A stretch of DNA of 64,000 bases, from NCBI GenBank assembly GCA_030141605.1, contig JAQGDQ010002366.1, positions 194,660 to 258,659 on the forward strand, given 5' to 3'. Under the pieces are notes generated by a model. That model was not told the origin of the DNA and did no database searches. It saw only the letters and a program-made list of their open reading frames with translations. This DNA comes from Tubiluchus corallicola. Its lineage: Eukaryota; Animalia; Priapulida. Below, in pieces: positions 63,945 to 64,000 of the stretch (position 1 is its first letter; every line of letters starts with the position of its first letter). Both the position numbers and the translations under genes were made by a program.

Positions 63945-64000
63945 CTGGAAGTAGAATATTATATTTCTGGTACTTAGAGCACTTAAAACAGCCCTATTGC

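Overview
AT-rich, intron-rich eukaryotic DNA that looks like an invertebrate metazoan; nothing prokaryotic is visible (no operons, CRISPR or rRNA). Three spliced genes can be rebuilt exon by exon from GT-AG sites and continuous reading frames: (1) the 3' 18 coding exons of PI4KA on + (372-26329; helical and kinase domains; 5' part outside the window); (2) an apparently complete 9-coding-exon LRRC56 on + (43126-54893); (3) the 3' 7 coding exons of MED15 on - (63944-55651), convergent with LRRC56. Introns and intergenic DNA hold many decayed transposons: four copies of one Tigger/pogo family, a second Tigger family, four hAT elements with intact 8-bp TSDs, several non-LTR retrotransposon relics, a tRNA-type SINE and a 5S-like fragment. 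The most unusual structure is a 6 x 43-bp tandem array made of MED15's last exon/intron junction, giving a stack of duplicated 5' splice sites. Also notable: a donor shift adding 10 aa to PI4KA, back-to-back poly(A) signals between LRRC56 and MED15, a convergent PI4KA-MED15 linkage that recalls human 22q11.21, and a candidate RFX X-box promoter for LRRC56. Gene and family assignments rest on recalled motifs, not database searches. I found no convincing wholly new multi-gene system.
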